From the NCBI GenBank assembly GCA_963793425.1, contig CAWCAG010000005.1:448001-512000 (forward strand): a DNA stretch of 64,000 bases. Direction: 5' to 3'. Of this stretch, positions 43,304-53,812 are shown piece after piece. The stretch is from an uncultured cyanobacterium (GTDB taxonomy: Bacteria; Cyanobacteriota; Cyanobacteriia; Cyanobacteriales; CAWCAG01). Numbering within the stretch: the first letter of the stretch is position 1; the number at the start of each line of letters is the position of its first letter. The translations under genes and the position numbers were made by a program. The notes below the pieces were generated by a model, which did not search any database, had not been told where the DNA came from, and was given only the letters and a program-made list of their open reading frames with translations.

Positions 43304-44398
43304 ATGGGCAACACCTTCGGTCATTTATTTCGTATCACCACTTTTGGTGAATCCCATGGTGGCGGGGTTGGTGTTGTTATTGATGGTTGTCCCCCTCAAC
43401 TAGAGATTACTAGGGAAGAAATTCAATGGGAACTAGATCGCAGAAGACCAGGTCAAAGCAAAATTACTACCCCCAGGAAAGAAACTGATACCTGTGAGAT
43501 AATCTCCGGAGTCTTTGAAGGTAAAACTTTAGGTACGCCCATCGCTATACTTGTAAGGAACAAAGATACCAGACCCCAAGACTACAGCGAAATGGCTAGT
43601 AAATATCGTCCTTCCCACGCTGATGCTACCTATGATGCTAAATATGGTATTCGTAATTGGCAAGGAGGAGGACGATCTTCAGCGAGGGAAACTATTGGTA
43701 GAGTTGCTGGGGGTGCGATCGCCAAAAAGATTCTTCAACAGGTAGCTGGGGTAGAAATTGTTGCTTACGTCAAGCGTATCAAAGACATAGAAGCTGTGAT
43801 TAATCCGGATTTAGTAACCCTAGAGCAGGTAGAAAGTAATATTGTCCGTTGTCCTCAACCGGAATACGCTGATAAAATGATCGAATTAATCGACCAAACT
43901 AGGCGTAATAAAGATTCTTTAGGGGGTGTGGTAGAATGTGTTGCCCGCAATCTACCGAAAGGATGGGGAGAGCCAGTATTTGATAAACTAGAAGCGGATC
44001 TTGCTAAAGGGGTCATGTCTTTACCTGCAACTAAAGGATTTGAAATTGGCTCAGGCTTTTCTGGAACATTGTTAACCGGAAGCGAGCATAATGACGAATT
44101 TTATCAGGACGAAGCAGGTAATATCCGCACTAGCACAAATCTTTCTGGGGGCATTCAGGGGGGCATCACTAATGGAGAAAATATCCTCCTACGAGCAGCA
44201 TTTAAACCAACTGCCACCATAGGACAACAGCAACGTACAGTGACCAATACTGGAGAAGAAACTCTTCTTGCTGCGAAAGGAAGACATGACCCCTGTGTAT
44301 TACCAAGGGCTGTACCTATGGTAGAAGCTATGGTTGCCTTAGTTTTGTGCGATCACTTGCTGCGTCATCAAGGTCAATGTGGTGTTTTAAATTGCTAA
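43304..44398 (+). CDS. aroC: Chorismate synthase
   Basis: [31 protein letters not shown]. Confidence 0.97.
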   Translation: MGNTFGHLFRITTFGESHGGGVGVVIDGCPPQLEITREEIQWELDRRRPGQSKITTPRKETDTCEIISGVFEGKTLGTPIAILVRNKDTRPQDYSEMASKYRPSHADATYDAKYGIRNWQGGGRSSARETIGRVAGGAIAKKILQQVAGVEIVAYVKRIKDIEAVINPDLVTLEQVESNIVRCPQPEYADKMIELIDQTRRNKDSLGGVVECVARNLPKGWGEPVFDKLEADLAKGVMSLPATKGFEIGSGFSGTLLTGSEHNDEFYQDEAGNIRTSTNLSGGIQGGITNGENILLRAAFKPTATIGQQQRTVTNTGEETLLAAKGRHDPCVLPRAVPMVEAMVALVLCDHLLRHQGQCGVLNC

Positions 44399-45250
44399 AT
44401 GGAAACTAATCATTCCTCTGAATTTGTCGTTCAGTTTTGGGGGGTAAGAGGTAGCGTACCTTCCCCTGGGGCTGAAACCGTTCGTTATGGTGGTAATACT
44501 TCTTGCGTAGAAATGCGCGTAGGAGGAAAACGCCTTATTTTTGATGGTGGTACGGGCTTGCGAATGTTGGGTAAAAGCTTGCGATCGCAAATGCCTGTGA
44601 AAACCTATATGTTTTTTACTCACTACCATTGGGATCATATCCAAGGAGTTCCCTTCTTCATTCCTGAGTTTAGTGAAGCTAACTGCTTTCATATTCATGG
44701 TCAAGTACCAACAGAAGGAATTTCTATGGAGAAGCACTTTCGCGAACATGTCTTGCACTTAGAATCCCCTGTACCGATGGGGAAAATAGAAGCGGAGTTG
44801 AATTTTCATGACTTGGTATGTGGAGATGATTTTTATTTAGATGATATTGAAATAGAAACTGATAAACTCAACCATCCTAATGGGGCAATGGGTTATCGTG
44901 TAACTTGGCAAGATCACTCTATTGTCTACTGTACTGATACAGAACATCTTCAAGAAGGTTTAGATCAAAATGTGCTGCACTTAGCCCGTGATGCAGATAT
45001 TTTAATCTACGACGCCATGTATACAGACGATGAATACAATGACCCCAAAGCCTCTAAAGTTGGTTGGGGACATTCAACTTGGCAAGAAGGGGTTAAAATT
45101 GCCAAAGCTGCTGGGGTGAAAAGGCTGGTCATTTTCCACCACGAACCCAGTCATACCGATGATTTCTTAGATCAAGTTGCCTTGGAAGTGAAAGACGTAT
45201 TTCCCGGAGGAATTATGGCCCGTGAGGGATTAATCGTCTCAGCTATCTAA
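44399..45250 (+). CDS. MBL-fold metallo-hydrolase (RNase Z-like/phosphodiesterase)
   Basis: WGVRGS, YGGNTSC, THYHWDHIQG, GWGHST, FHHEP. Confidence 0.88.
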   Translation: METNHSSEFVVQFWGVRGSVPSPGAETVRYGGNTSCVEMRVGGKRLIFDGGTGLRMLGKSLRSQMPVKTYMFFTHYHWDHIQGVPFFIPEFSEANCFHIHGQVPTEGISMEKHFREHVLHLESPVPMGKIEAELNFHDLVCGDDFYLDDIEIETDKLNHPNGAMGYRVTWQDHSIVYCTDTEHLQEGLDQNVLHLARDADILIYDAMYTDDEYNDPKASKVGWGHSTWQEGVKIAKAAGVKRLVIFHHEPSHTDDFLDQVALEVKDVFPGGIMAREGLIVSAI

Positions 45251-45410
45251 GCTAAAGTCAAATATAACCACGAATTCGGGGGTTATCACTGGCTAACGCT
45301 AACTATTTTGTTAGAGTATCTCCTTGGTTTCCCAGTTTTCTTAGAGAAAAGTGAGAGTTTTCTGATAAAATCTTATAGAAAGTTTAAAAATCATTACTAA
45401 ATTTTTTATA

Positions 45411-46391
45411 ATGTATTTGTTAGTGGTAGGTGCTACGGGAACCCTAGGAAGACAAGTAGTGCGCCGCGCTCTTGATGAGGGTCATAGTGTACGCTGTTTG
45501 GTAAGAAGTCAGCGCAAAGCAACTTTTCTTAAAGAGTGGGGGGCAGAACTTGTACAAGGCGACCTTTGTATACCAGAAAGCTTACCCCCCGTCTTAAAAA
45601 ATATCGATGCTGTAGTTGATGCAGCGACAGCAAGACCAACGGATTCTTTGAATACAAAGGAGGTTGACTGGGAAGGCAAAGTGGCTTTAATTAAAGCAGC
45701 TAAAGCGGCCGGAATAAAAAGATTCATCTTCTTTTCTATTCTTGATGCGGATAAATATCCTGAAGTTCCTTTAATGGATATTAAAAGAAGCACAGAACTT
45801 TTCTTAAAAGAATCTGGTTTAAACTACACAGTCTTGCAGCTTTGTGGTTTTATGCAAGGACTGATCGGTCAATATGCTATACCTATGTTGGACAACCAAG
45901 CCGTATGGGTAACTGGGGAAAGCTCTCCCATTGCTTATATGAACACCATTGATATTGCTAAATTCGCGATTCGCGCCCTAGAGATACCAGAAACTGAAAA
46001 TCAGACTTTCCCTGTAGTAGGGACTCGTGCTTGGGGGGGTTATGAAATTATTAATCTTTGCGAAAGACTCTCCGGACAAACTGCTAAAATTGCTAGACTT
46101 CCTTTAGGCTTTTTAGGGGCAATGCGCCGGATTCTGGGCTTCTTTCAATGGGGCAAAAATGCTTCAGAGCGTCTTAGTTTCGCTGAAGTGTTGGCAAGGG
46201 GTAAACCATTAGATGCTCCAATGGAGGAAGTTTATCAAACTTTTAAACTAGATCCCCAGGAAACCACAACCCTAGAGGCATATCTTCAAGATTACTTTGG
46301 CCGCATTATGAAAAAACTCAAAGAAATTGATTACGAAAAAAACAAAAATAAAAAGCAGAAAAAAAAGACTCCTTTTAAATCTAAATCATAA
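45411..46391 (+). CDS. ycf39: Ycf39-family atypical SDR (NAD(P)H-binding)
   Basis: GATGTLGRQVVRRALDEG, FLKEWGAEL, QYAIP. Confidence 0.85.
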   Translation: MYLLVVGATGTLGRQVVRRALDEGHSVRCLVRSQRKATFLKEWGAELVQGDLCIPESLPPVLKNIDAVVDAATARPTDSLNTKEVDWEGKVALIKAAKAAGIKRFIFFSILDADKYPEVPLMDIKRSTELFLKESGLNYTVLQLCGFMQGLIGQYAIPMLDNQAVWVTGESSPIAYMNTIDIAKFAIRALEIPETENQTFPVVGTRAWGGYEIINLCERLSGQTAKIARLPLGFLGAMRRILGFFQWGKNASERLSFAEVLARGKPLDAPMEEVYQTFKLDPQETTTLEAYLQDYFGRIMKKLKEIDYEKNKNKKQKKKTPFKSKS

Positions 46392-46430
46392 TTGTAAAGT
46401 AAACATTAAAAGCCAGCGAGATCAACAGTT

Positions 46431-47348
46431 GTGCCGAAAGCAGGCATTATTTATAACGATTCTAAACCAACAGCTTGTCGCCTTGCCAAAGAATTAACAG
46501 ACAGCCTTACTGCTATGGGTTGGGATGTTTGTGTGACTACCAGTTTTGGCGGTATATTAGGTTATTCTCGCCCGAATAGTCCTGTTTGTCGTACTCGCAT
46601 CGATCAGTTAAAGCCAGTCGGTTTTGACGAAGATGTCGCCTTTGGTATTGTCTTAGGGGGAGACGGCACAACTTTAGCGGCTTTCCGGCAAGTAGCTGTT
46701 TTTGGTATTCCCTTATTAAGTGTCAACACAGGACATATGGGATTTCTCACCGAAACCTATGTCAATCAAATACCTCAAGCTGTAGAGAAATTAATAGCAG
46801 GGGAATATAAAATAGAAGAACGCTCTATGTTAGCGGTGAGTGCTTTAAGGGGAGAAAAGCTGATTTGGGAAGCACTATGCCTCAATGAAATGGTACTGCA
46901 TCGAGAACCCTTAACTAGTATGTGCCATTTTGAAATTCAAATTGGTAACCATGCCCCCGTAGATATTGCTGCTGATGGAGTAATTGTTTCTACCCCAACG
47001 GGTTCTACAGCTTATTCTTTAAGTGCAGGAGGCCCGGTTGTAACCCCTTCTGTACCAGTCTTACAACTCATCCCTATTTGTCCTCATTCCTTGGCTTCTA
47101 GGGCTTTGGTTTTTTCTGATACCGAACCAGTAAATATTATTCCCGCTACTCCGAACCAAATGGTTATGGTGGTTGATGGTAACGGCGGCTGCTACATCTC
47201 TCCAGAAGATCGGGTTTATATAGAGCGATCGCCTTATCCTGCCCGTTTTATTCGTCTGCGATCACCAGAATTTTTCCGTATTCTTAGGGAAAAGCTTGGT
47301 TGGGGTTTACCCCATATTGCTAAACCTACTTCTGTGGAGTTACCCTAA
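46431..47348 (+). CDS. NAD(+) kinase
   Basis: [33 protein letters not shown]. Confidence 0.95.
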   Translation: MPKAGIIYNDSKPTACRLAKELTDSLTAMGWDVCVTTSFGGILGYSRPNSPVCRTRIDQLKPVGFDEDVAFGIVLGGDGTTLAAFRQVAVFGIPLLSVNTGHMGFLTETYVNQIPQAVEKLIAGEYKIEERSMLAVSALRGEKLIWEALCLNEMVLHREPLTSMCHFEIQIGNHAPVDIAADGVIVSTPTGSTAYSLSAGGPVVTPSVPVLQLIPICPHSLASRALVFSDTEPVNIIPATPNQMVMVVDGNGGCYISPEDRVYIERSPYPARFIRLRSPEFFRILREKLGWGLPHIAKPTSVELP

Positions 47349-47483
47349 TTTTAGGTAATGGGTACTTGGGGAGCTGGAGAGCTGGGAAGCTAGGGAGCTG
47401 GGGCGCGTAAGCATTGTCGTTAGACTACTAGGGAGCTAGGAAGCTAATATTAATTCCTTTTTCGCTGTTGCCTTGATACTATT

Positions 47484-48659
47484 CTACGCAAAACCAATCT
47501 TGAGATAATCCTCTTCCATCTTTGCCCCAGAAGGTTTCAAGGCCGCTAAAGCTTGAGGTAGAACTAAATTACGGCGATGATTGCCAATGCGGACATTTAA
47601 TTCATCTCCGGTTTTATTTAACTGAATATTCTCTTTAGGAACACCAGGTAAATATAGCTCCAAACTGTATTGATTATTGCCCTGTTGTACTACCTTAAGA
47701 GTATTTTCTTGATAATAAACTTGGGTAGGATCTTCGTTTGCATACAAAGTTTCTTTGAGCCTTTCTAGGGCGGCTAAACCGCATAATTCTTCTGAGTAAA
47801 GGGGGACTTCTTTTACTGGTAAGGGATGGAAATTATCATGAATTTCTTTTTTATAAACTTGTTGATTTTCTTTCCACTTTTGGAAGAAGGGATCAGTTAC
47901 TTCTTCAGGAATAATGCGATTAGCAACCACCATATCTGTAGCCACATTATACAAACTCAAATAAGCATGGGCCCGCAAAGATTCTTTAATCACCATCTTT
48001 TCAGGATTGGTTACCAATCTAACTGAAGTTTGAGTATTATCTGTTAGAACTTTTTCTAAAGCTTCAATCTGCTCATAAAATTCATAAGGTGCATCCATCA
48101 CCTCTTTATCCGGTAAAGAAAAACCAGCAATTGGTCTAAACAGAGGTTCAACCAAGGGGCGTAAAGCTGCTGAAACCCCCTGTAAAGGCTTGTAAAAGCG
48201 TCTCATATACCAGCCACCTACTTCTGGTAAGCTTAACAGGCGCAACGCTGTACCAGTGGGGGCAGAATCGATAATTAAAACCTCAAATTCTCCCTCATCG
48301 TAATGGCGTTTCATCCGCACTAAACCAAAAATTTCGTCCATGCCTGGTAGAATTGCTAATTCTTCGGCTTGAACTCCTTCTAAACCCCTAGCTTGTAAAA
48401 CTTGACTGATGTAGCGCTTGACGGCTCCCCAATTGCCTTCTAATTCCATGAGCGCATCTAACTCAGCCCCCCAAAGGTTAGGGCGTACTAACTGAGGTTC
48501 GTGACCCATTTCTAGGTCAAAGCTATCTGCTAGGGAATGGGCAGGATCTGTACTTAAAACTAGAGTTTTGTAACCTAGTTCAGCACAACGGAGTCCTGTG
48601 GCGGCAGCAACAGAGGTTTTACCTACACCTCCTTTGCCAGTCATGAGAATTACACGCAT
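47484..48659 (-). CDS. ArsA/GET3-family ATPase with C-terminal HSP20-like domain
   Basis: [22 protein letters not shown]. Confidence 0.92.
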   Translation of the reverse strand: MRVILMTGKGGVGKTSVAAATGLRCAELGYKTLVLSTDPAHSLADSFDLEMGHEPQLVRPNLWGAELDALMELEGNWGAVKRYISQVLQARGLEGVQAEELAILPGMDEIFGLVRMKRHYDEGEFEVLIIDSAPTGTALRLLSLPEVGGWYMRRFYKPLQGVSAALRPLVEPLFRPIAGFSLPDKEVMDAPYEFYEQIEALEKVLTDNTQTSVRLVTNPEKMVIKESLRAHAYLSLYNVATDMVVANRIIPEEVTDPFFQKWKENQQVYKKEIHDNFHPLPVKEVPLYSEELCGLAALERLKETLYANEDPTQVYYQENTLKVVQQGNNQYSLELYLPGVPKENIQLNKTGDELNVRIGNHRRNLVLPQALAALKPSGAKMEEDYLKIGFA

Positions 48660-48700
48660 AAGTTTTGTTTTGGGTGGCCCTACTTTAACTAAAGTTTACA

Positions 48701-49096
48701 TTACTTCTCAGTTTTCGTATGAAAAAGAAAATGTTGCTGAAAAACATTTAAGCGAGAGCAATGCCAGTAATCTAGATGAGAAATGATTAATCCTGTTTCA
48801 TCAAGCTTTAACTCACTTCTGCCGGGAATGGCGATCGCCGGTTGCCAGGGTAGGGGAGTTATCCAGTGAAGAGTCCATTCAGTTTCGATGGTGTCTCCGT
48901 GACGAGAAATGTCGTGAAGTTCCATCTGCACCTCTTTGAACCAGGTTTTGATGAACTGAATCATCTTTTTGTAGCGCTCAACACCATGAAATTCGTTCAT
49001 GGGATCTTTAAAATAAACTTGCTTGTGATAAATGCTATAAGTTTGCTCAAGGGGAAAGCGCTGATAGTCTTCTTGAAGAGTGGTAATGATATCCAT
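48701..49096 (-). CDS. DUF2358 / NTF2-like protein
   Basis: YSIY..VYFKDP..F.G, LPW.P, H.DYW. Confidence 0.8.
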   Translation of the reverse strand: MDIITTLQEDYQRFPLEQTYSIYHKQVYFKDPMNEFHGVERYKKMIQFIKTWFKEVQMELHDISRHGDTIETEWTLHWITPLPWQPAIAIPGRSELKLDETGLIISHLDYWHCSRLNVFQQHFLFHTKTEK

Positions 49097-49409
49097 TGAT
49101 GTTCGGCATTTAACTAGATTGGTTTTTTAAGTTAACTTAAAAAAAACAATTTTTTACTCGTTTGGTGATGAAAGCTTCTGAATGGGTATCATAAGTTGTG
49201 GTATTGTTTGATTAATATTTCTTGAAATTTTTCTGAATTTGCTCTAAATGAAAGGGCAAAACCCAAACAAACTTCTGATTGCGCCCTTGCATCTGCCCTT
49301 TGTTATGTTTAGCTACCTATTCTTACTAATTAGACTGGCAATTTTACCGTCTTGCCAGTAGGATATCGAGAAATTACATAGTACTATTTACGCATCAGAG
49401 GTATTTGTT

Positions 49410-49976
49410 ATGGTCATTGACTTCTACGCCCAGAAAAAAGCTCAGCTTAGCTTGCGCTCTTATCTTAAGCCCGGAGATTTGGGACAAATTCTTTATTTAC
49501 ACGGGTCGATTTATGGTCGAGAATGTGGCTACGATTACACTTTTGAAGGTTATGTGGCTGATACTCTTTCTCACTTTTCTAGATCCTACGATCTTCATCA
49601 AGAGCGCTTGTGGTTAGCCGAAGCAGAGGGAAGAATTGTTGGTAGTATTGGCATTATTAAGAATAATTCCCAAAGATGTCAACTTCGTTGGTTTTTGGTT
49701 GATCCTCAGATGCGCGGTAGAGGTTTAGGACGTAAACTTCTGAGCAAAGCAATTAAGTTTAGCCAAAATTGTGGTTACGAGTCGGTTTTTCTCCAAACGA
49801 TGGGAGAATTGCCCGTAGCAAGACATTTGTATCGTTCAGTAGGATTTGTAAAAACAGAAGAATCCAAACAAATCATCTGGGGGCAGAAAGTAACTCATCA
49901 GTTTTATGAGTTAGCTTTGGACAATCAGCAACCAGAAACTTATACCCAAGGCGATCGCGCTAAGGTGTTGCGGTAA
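49410..49976 (+). CDS. GNAT acetyltransferase
   Basis: PGDLG, LRWFLVDP.MRGRGLG, ARHLYRSVGF. Confidence 0.88.
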   Translation: MVIDFYAQKKAQLSLRSYLKPGDLGQILYLHGSIYGRECGYDYTFEGYVADTLSHFSRSYDLHQERLWLAEAEGRIVGSIGIIKNNSQRCQLRWFLVDPQMRGRGLGRKLLSKAIKFSQNCGYESVFLQTMGELPVARHLYRSVGFVKTEESKQIIWGQKVTHQFYELALDNQQPETYTQGDRAKVLR

Positions 49977-52427
49977 AAGTAAGCTTAGAGGCTGACGGGC
50001 AATTTTTTGAGTTAGTAAGATAGAGAGAATGACACCAACTACCAAGCTAGTACCTTGTAAAAAAGCAATCACAGCCGGATGAGCTACTAGTATAGGTGCG
50101 CTTTCACCATTTAAACCAAAAGTAGCCAAACCTACTGCTAAAACTTTGCCCCCTTCACCCAAACCTAGGTTCAAGTAATAAGCCAAATTCCCAGCTAAAA
50201 CTAGGGGTAAGTAACCATAGGCTAGCTTAATGAAGGAATGGGGTTTGAGCTTACTAGTTCCTTGATAGATTAACTTAATTAGTTCCTGGGCTAATAAAGG
50301 TATCGCAATAGGAAGAGTTAAAGCAGCTACAGCTAAACAAACATGAGGGAAAAACTGGTTCAAGTCTAAATGCAAACCTAGTAGGGCTTGAATTTGGGGT
50401 AGTTGGTGTAGAAAGACTGTATTTAGAAGCAACAGCAACAATGCTACTTCATAACTTCGGGGGGTGTGGGTTGTCCATAATTCAATACCAGGGGGACGCA
50501 AATTCACTTCTACAGAGCGGTGGGGACAAGCTTTTAAGCAAGTCATACATAATACACAGTCTCGATTGTCCTGGAGTTGGGCAGGATGAGAGTAGAGGGG
50601 GCAACCGTTGGTTTCTAAACCTTCCCCTTTAGCAGGGCCTCCTTTATAACATTGATAGGTGGTACATTCTGCTGAACAAGTGCCTTGTTGCGCTCTTAAT
50701 TCTGTCATGGAAAGTTTAGCAAACATTCCGTTCATACCACCAATAGGGCAAAGATAGCGACACCAAAAACGCCTTTCAAATAAAGCAGAAAATATCATCG
50801 CCCCGGCAGTAATTAATAATAGTAAACAAGCAGAAAGATAGGCAGTATTTTCTAAATCCCATAGTTCTTCCCATAACAAAATTAAGGCAAATAAACCCCA
50901 TAAAAACCAACCTCCCCACTTCTCAGCAGATTCTCTTGGCCAGGTTTTGAGTTTCCGATTGGGGAAAAGCCAACCGGAGAGTTTTTGGGTAACTTCTCCA
51001 TAGATCATAAAAGGACAAACGGCACACCAAAGCCTACCTACAAAAGGAAAACCAATTAAGATTAAAGGCCACCACCAGGCCCAGAAAATGTTCAGGGCAA
51101 AGTTGGCATCGCGGGTTTGAGGCCCCAGGAATAAGATGGCGATAATTAAAGCAAATAAGGTTAAGGTAAAACCATAATTAATGCGATCTGGCCACCAAGG
51201 GCTACGGAGGAATTTTCTCAAGCGAGGATAGCTATTAAGGAGATTAACCCGAAACTGCTTTTTCTTACTTTGAGAAGGCCAAACAATTTCTTCTGTTAAC
51301 TCTGTACAACCTTCTAATTGCACAATTGCTCTTTCAACTAAGTTTTCTAATTCTCTTTGATTATTAGGAAAATCGTAGGCTTGTAATCTGCGTAAAGCTT
51401 CTGGAGTAATGCGAGGACGATTTAAACCTTTGGCACGGCAAATTAAGCTAATATAATAATCTACACAATCTGCTATATCAGCTTTGCGAATACGTAAAGG
51501 AGGAACCTTTATTCTTTTTCCCACAACTGTATTGATTTGGGGTAAATTCTGCTCAGAAATAAGGATGATTCGAGCCTTACTTTTGAAGATAGTTTGACTT
51601 TCTTCCTCGGAACGGTTAATAGGCAGATAATTTCCAGTTTTCAGTAATTCAACTATGGGGGGACGCAAATCTTTGGGTAACTCTTCAAAATTATTAAGAA
51701 CTAAAGTTCCTTCTCCTAAAGCCGCAATCAAACCTGGTTTTCCCCCTGCTCGACCAAACAATTCTGCACCGCTAGCTTGTATTCGGCTACAATTTAATTT
51801 GACGATTGGTTCTCGACGATAAGCAGAACTAAAGTGAACTAAACTAGCTACGTTATCTTTTTGTAATCCTGGTTCACCAAAAATTAATACAGACTCTCTC
51901 CCTTCGGCCGCTTGTTTAATTTGCTTACGGAGTTTTACCGCATAACGGCTTTTACCGATTATCCCTCGTTTAGCTCTATTTACTAAATAAGGACGTAAAG
52001 TAGTTTGACGTTCTTGTTCATAGTTTAATTGAGATTCAAGCTGTAAAACCTCTTGGGCAAGCTGTTGGGAGATAGTTTGGGGAATTTCGGGATAATCTTC
52101 ATAAAGGGCGCGGAACTGTTCTGCGGGAATAAACCATAATTGAGATTCACTTAAAGTAGTGACTGTTTCCCTGGCTGGTTGGTCTAAAATAACTTCTTCT
52201 AAGTTAAGGGTAGAACCAGCCAGCAAACTTGCCTTTCCTTTGCTCTCTAAACGACCTTCCCGCAGAATATAAAGTCCTCCTGGGTTAGTATTTTCCTTAA
52301 CTATCTGTTCTTGGGGCGGAACAGTTTTTTCCTGAACTATACCGGCGATCGCCTCTAATACTTCCTGAGAAAGAACACCAAGGGCCGTTCTCTCTTGCAA
52401 CCAAATTACAGTATCGGTAAAAGACAT
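49911..52427 (-). CDS. cNMP-binding / sigma54-activator-like AAA / membrane 4Fe-4S protein
   Basis: cNMP N-terminus, IFGEPG, ELFG, YDFPNNQRELEN, WCAVCP, WCRYLCP, CVLCMTCLKACP. Confidence 0.85.
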   Translation of the reverse strand: MSFTDTVIWLQERTALGVLSQEVLEAIAGIVQEKTVPPQEQIVKENTNPGGLYILREGRLESKGKASLLAGSTLNLEEVILDQPARETVTTLSESQLWFIPAEQFRALYEDYPEIPQTISQQLAQEVLQLESQLNYEQERQTTLRPYLVNRAKRGIIGKSRYAVKLRKQIKQAAEGRESVLIFGEPGLQKDNVASLVHFSSAYRREPIVKLNCSRIQASGAELFGRAGGKPGLIAALGEGTLVLNNFEELPKDLRPPIVELLKTGNYLPINRSEEESQTIFKSKARIILISEQNLPQINTVVGKRIKVPPLRIRKADIADCVDYYISLICRAKGLNRPRITPEALRRLQAYDFPNNQRELENLVERAIVQLEGCTELTEEIVWPSQSKKKQFRVNLLNSYPRLRKFLRSPWWPDRINYGFTLTLFALIIAILFLGPQTRDANFALNIFWAWWWPLILIGFPFVGRLWCAVCPFMIYGEVTQKLSGWLFPNRKLKTWPRESAEKWGGWFLWGLFALILLWEELWDLENTAYLSACLLLLITAGAMIFSALFERRFWCRYLCPIGGMNGMFAKLSMTELRAQQGTCSAECTTYQCYKGGPAKGEGLETNGCPLYSHPAQLQDNRDCVLCMTCLKACPHRSVEVNLRPPGIELWTTHTPRSYEVALLLLLLNTVFLHQLPQIQALLGLHLDLNQFFPHVCLAVAALTLPIAIPLLAQELIKLIYQGTSKLKPHSFIKLAYGYLPLVLAGNLAYYLNLGLGEGGKVLAVGLATFGLNGESAPILVAHPAVIAFLQGTSLVVGVILSILLTQKIARQPLSLLLPQHLSAIALGISFWLLIVQS

Positions 52428-52454
52428 AAATTAAAGAGTTTGATGTTAACTCTC

Positions 52455-53027
52455 TCAAGGATACAAAGATAAATTCAAGCAAAAACCTGGCAAACATTCT
52501 TCACCCTGCAACTCCGTAGGTAAATTCCGGATTTCCACTGCCATACCACCGCGATAAATTTCCACTTGCTGTTGCTGAGGATTAATTAACCATCCTAGTT
52601 GAATTCCTGCCTCAAGATATTCTTGCATCTTAGCCCGCAGAGGTTCTAGGCGGTCAGTAGCAGAACGTAATTCAATCACAAAGTCTGGTGCGATAGGAGG
52701 AAACTTACGGCGTTGTTGCGGAGTGAGGGCTTCCCAACGCTCACGCCTTACCCAAGCAGCATCAGGGCTACGATCTGCACCATTAGGTAATTTGAAGATA
52801 GTTGAGGAGCTAAAAGTATAGCCTAAGCGGGTTTCTCGATTCCAGTTGCCTAGATCAATAATTAGTTCCGCTTCTTGATTGCCACTATCGCCACCAACAG
52901 GGGTCATAATAATTAATTCTTTTTGAGAAGTACGTTCAAACTGCAACTCGCGGTTACTTTGACAGATTTGATAAAACTGGTCGTCACTGAGGTGAACATC
53001 TTCTAGGTTTAGTGTTAGAGGAGTCAT
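52455..53027 (-). CDS. Uma2-family protein
   Basis: FSSST.F.LPNGADRSPD, PDFVIELRS, LGWLI. Confidence 0.92.
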   Translation of the reverse strand: MTPLTLNLEDVHLSDDQFYQICQSNRELQFERTSQKELIIMTPVGGDSGNQEAELIIDLGNWNRETRLGYTFSSSTIFKLPNGADRSPDAAWVRRERWEALTPQQRRKFPPIAPDFVIELRSATDRLEPLRAKMQEYLEAGIQLGWLINPQQQQVEIYRGGMAVEIRNLPTELQGEECLPGFCLNLSLYP

Positions 53028-53139
53028 GATTAATTCTCAGGGAATATCGATTTTGTCGTTTGTTAAAATTTTACCTAAAGCGTAATCTCTAGTTATTTTG
53101 TTTATTTATGGAACTTTTAAGCAAAATAATTTTAATTAT

Positions 53140-53287
53140 GGTGGGCAAAAGAAGATGGTTTTCAGATGCGAATATTTACTCTCAATTTTGTCCACCCTAC
53201 TTTAAAGACATCAATGTAACAATTGTAGGGTGGGAATTGCTAACGGTAATTTTGGGAAAACTCGGAGATTTAAAAGCAATGCCCACC
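53140..53287. repeat. Cluster of GTAG-type REP-like palindromes
   Basis: ggtgggcaaaa...ttttgtccaccctac and gtagggtgggaattgc...gcaatgcccacc. Confidence 0.7.
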
Positions 53288-53630
53288 AATTCCCATAAGC
53301 TCATTTTGGTTGTGGTGATAGATAGTTAGTGGAATCGCAAGATGACTTTGGCGGTGCGGGATATTTTTCTCCCTTAAGATGATATTATGTATGAGGTAGA
53401 AAAGGTGCGCTCTTAAAAAAGGGTTTGCAAAGGTGTTTTTAAGTCTTTTCAGGTTGTTAGAAAAAATCGCTTCAATAAAGATTTTTTTTGCTCTATTGGT
53501 GCTGGTTTTATGATATTATTTTTTTAACAAATATTTTTATAATGGGAATATTGACGTTTATCAGTAAGTGACAATATTCCCATTATGATAAATTTAATTT
53601 TATCACGAAATTGCACCTGAAAAAATTTTA

Positions 53631-53812
53631 TACGCTTCGCGTAAGGCAAAGGGCAAGAAGGCAAGAAGGGTAAAGGGCTAAAGAGTCCTGGGGGAAGAAC
53701 GGGCGAGACGAAAACCGATAATGCTGAGACGGGAGCCGGGAATGTTGAAGTAGCGATACGCAGAACGACAATGCCTCGGAGCGTAGTCCCAAGAACCACC
53801 GCGAAGCAAGCG
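53631..53812 (-). other. Putative DGR variable region plus downstream GAA-loop hairpin
   Basis: A-poor scaffold codons and NNY variable codons in [41 protein letters not shown] 35 nt after the stop. Confidence 0.72.

Noticed and set aside
45251..45410. Possible petM upstream of ycf39
   Set aside because: No PetM-like small ORF found
47366..47445. GGGAGCT(G/A) octamer-like tandem repeats (also heptamers near 20132, 23545, 38668, 63500)
   Set aside because: Ordinary cyanobacterial short tandem repeats in intergenic DNA
49251..49301. GGGCAAAACCC resembling a c-di-GMP-I riboswitch start
   Set aside because: Lacks the GAAA-loop P2 and the GACGCAAAG junction
49911..49976. 66-bp convergent overlap of the GNAT and 4Fe-4S genes
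   Set aside because: Short 3' overlaps are common and the GNAT tail looks non-conserved
53108..53329. 73-aa + strand ORF
   Set aside because: Reads through REP palindromes; likely spurious
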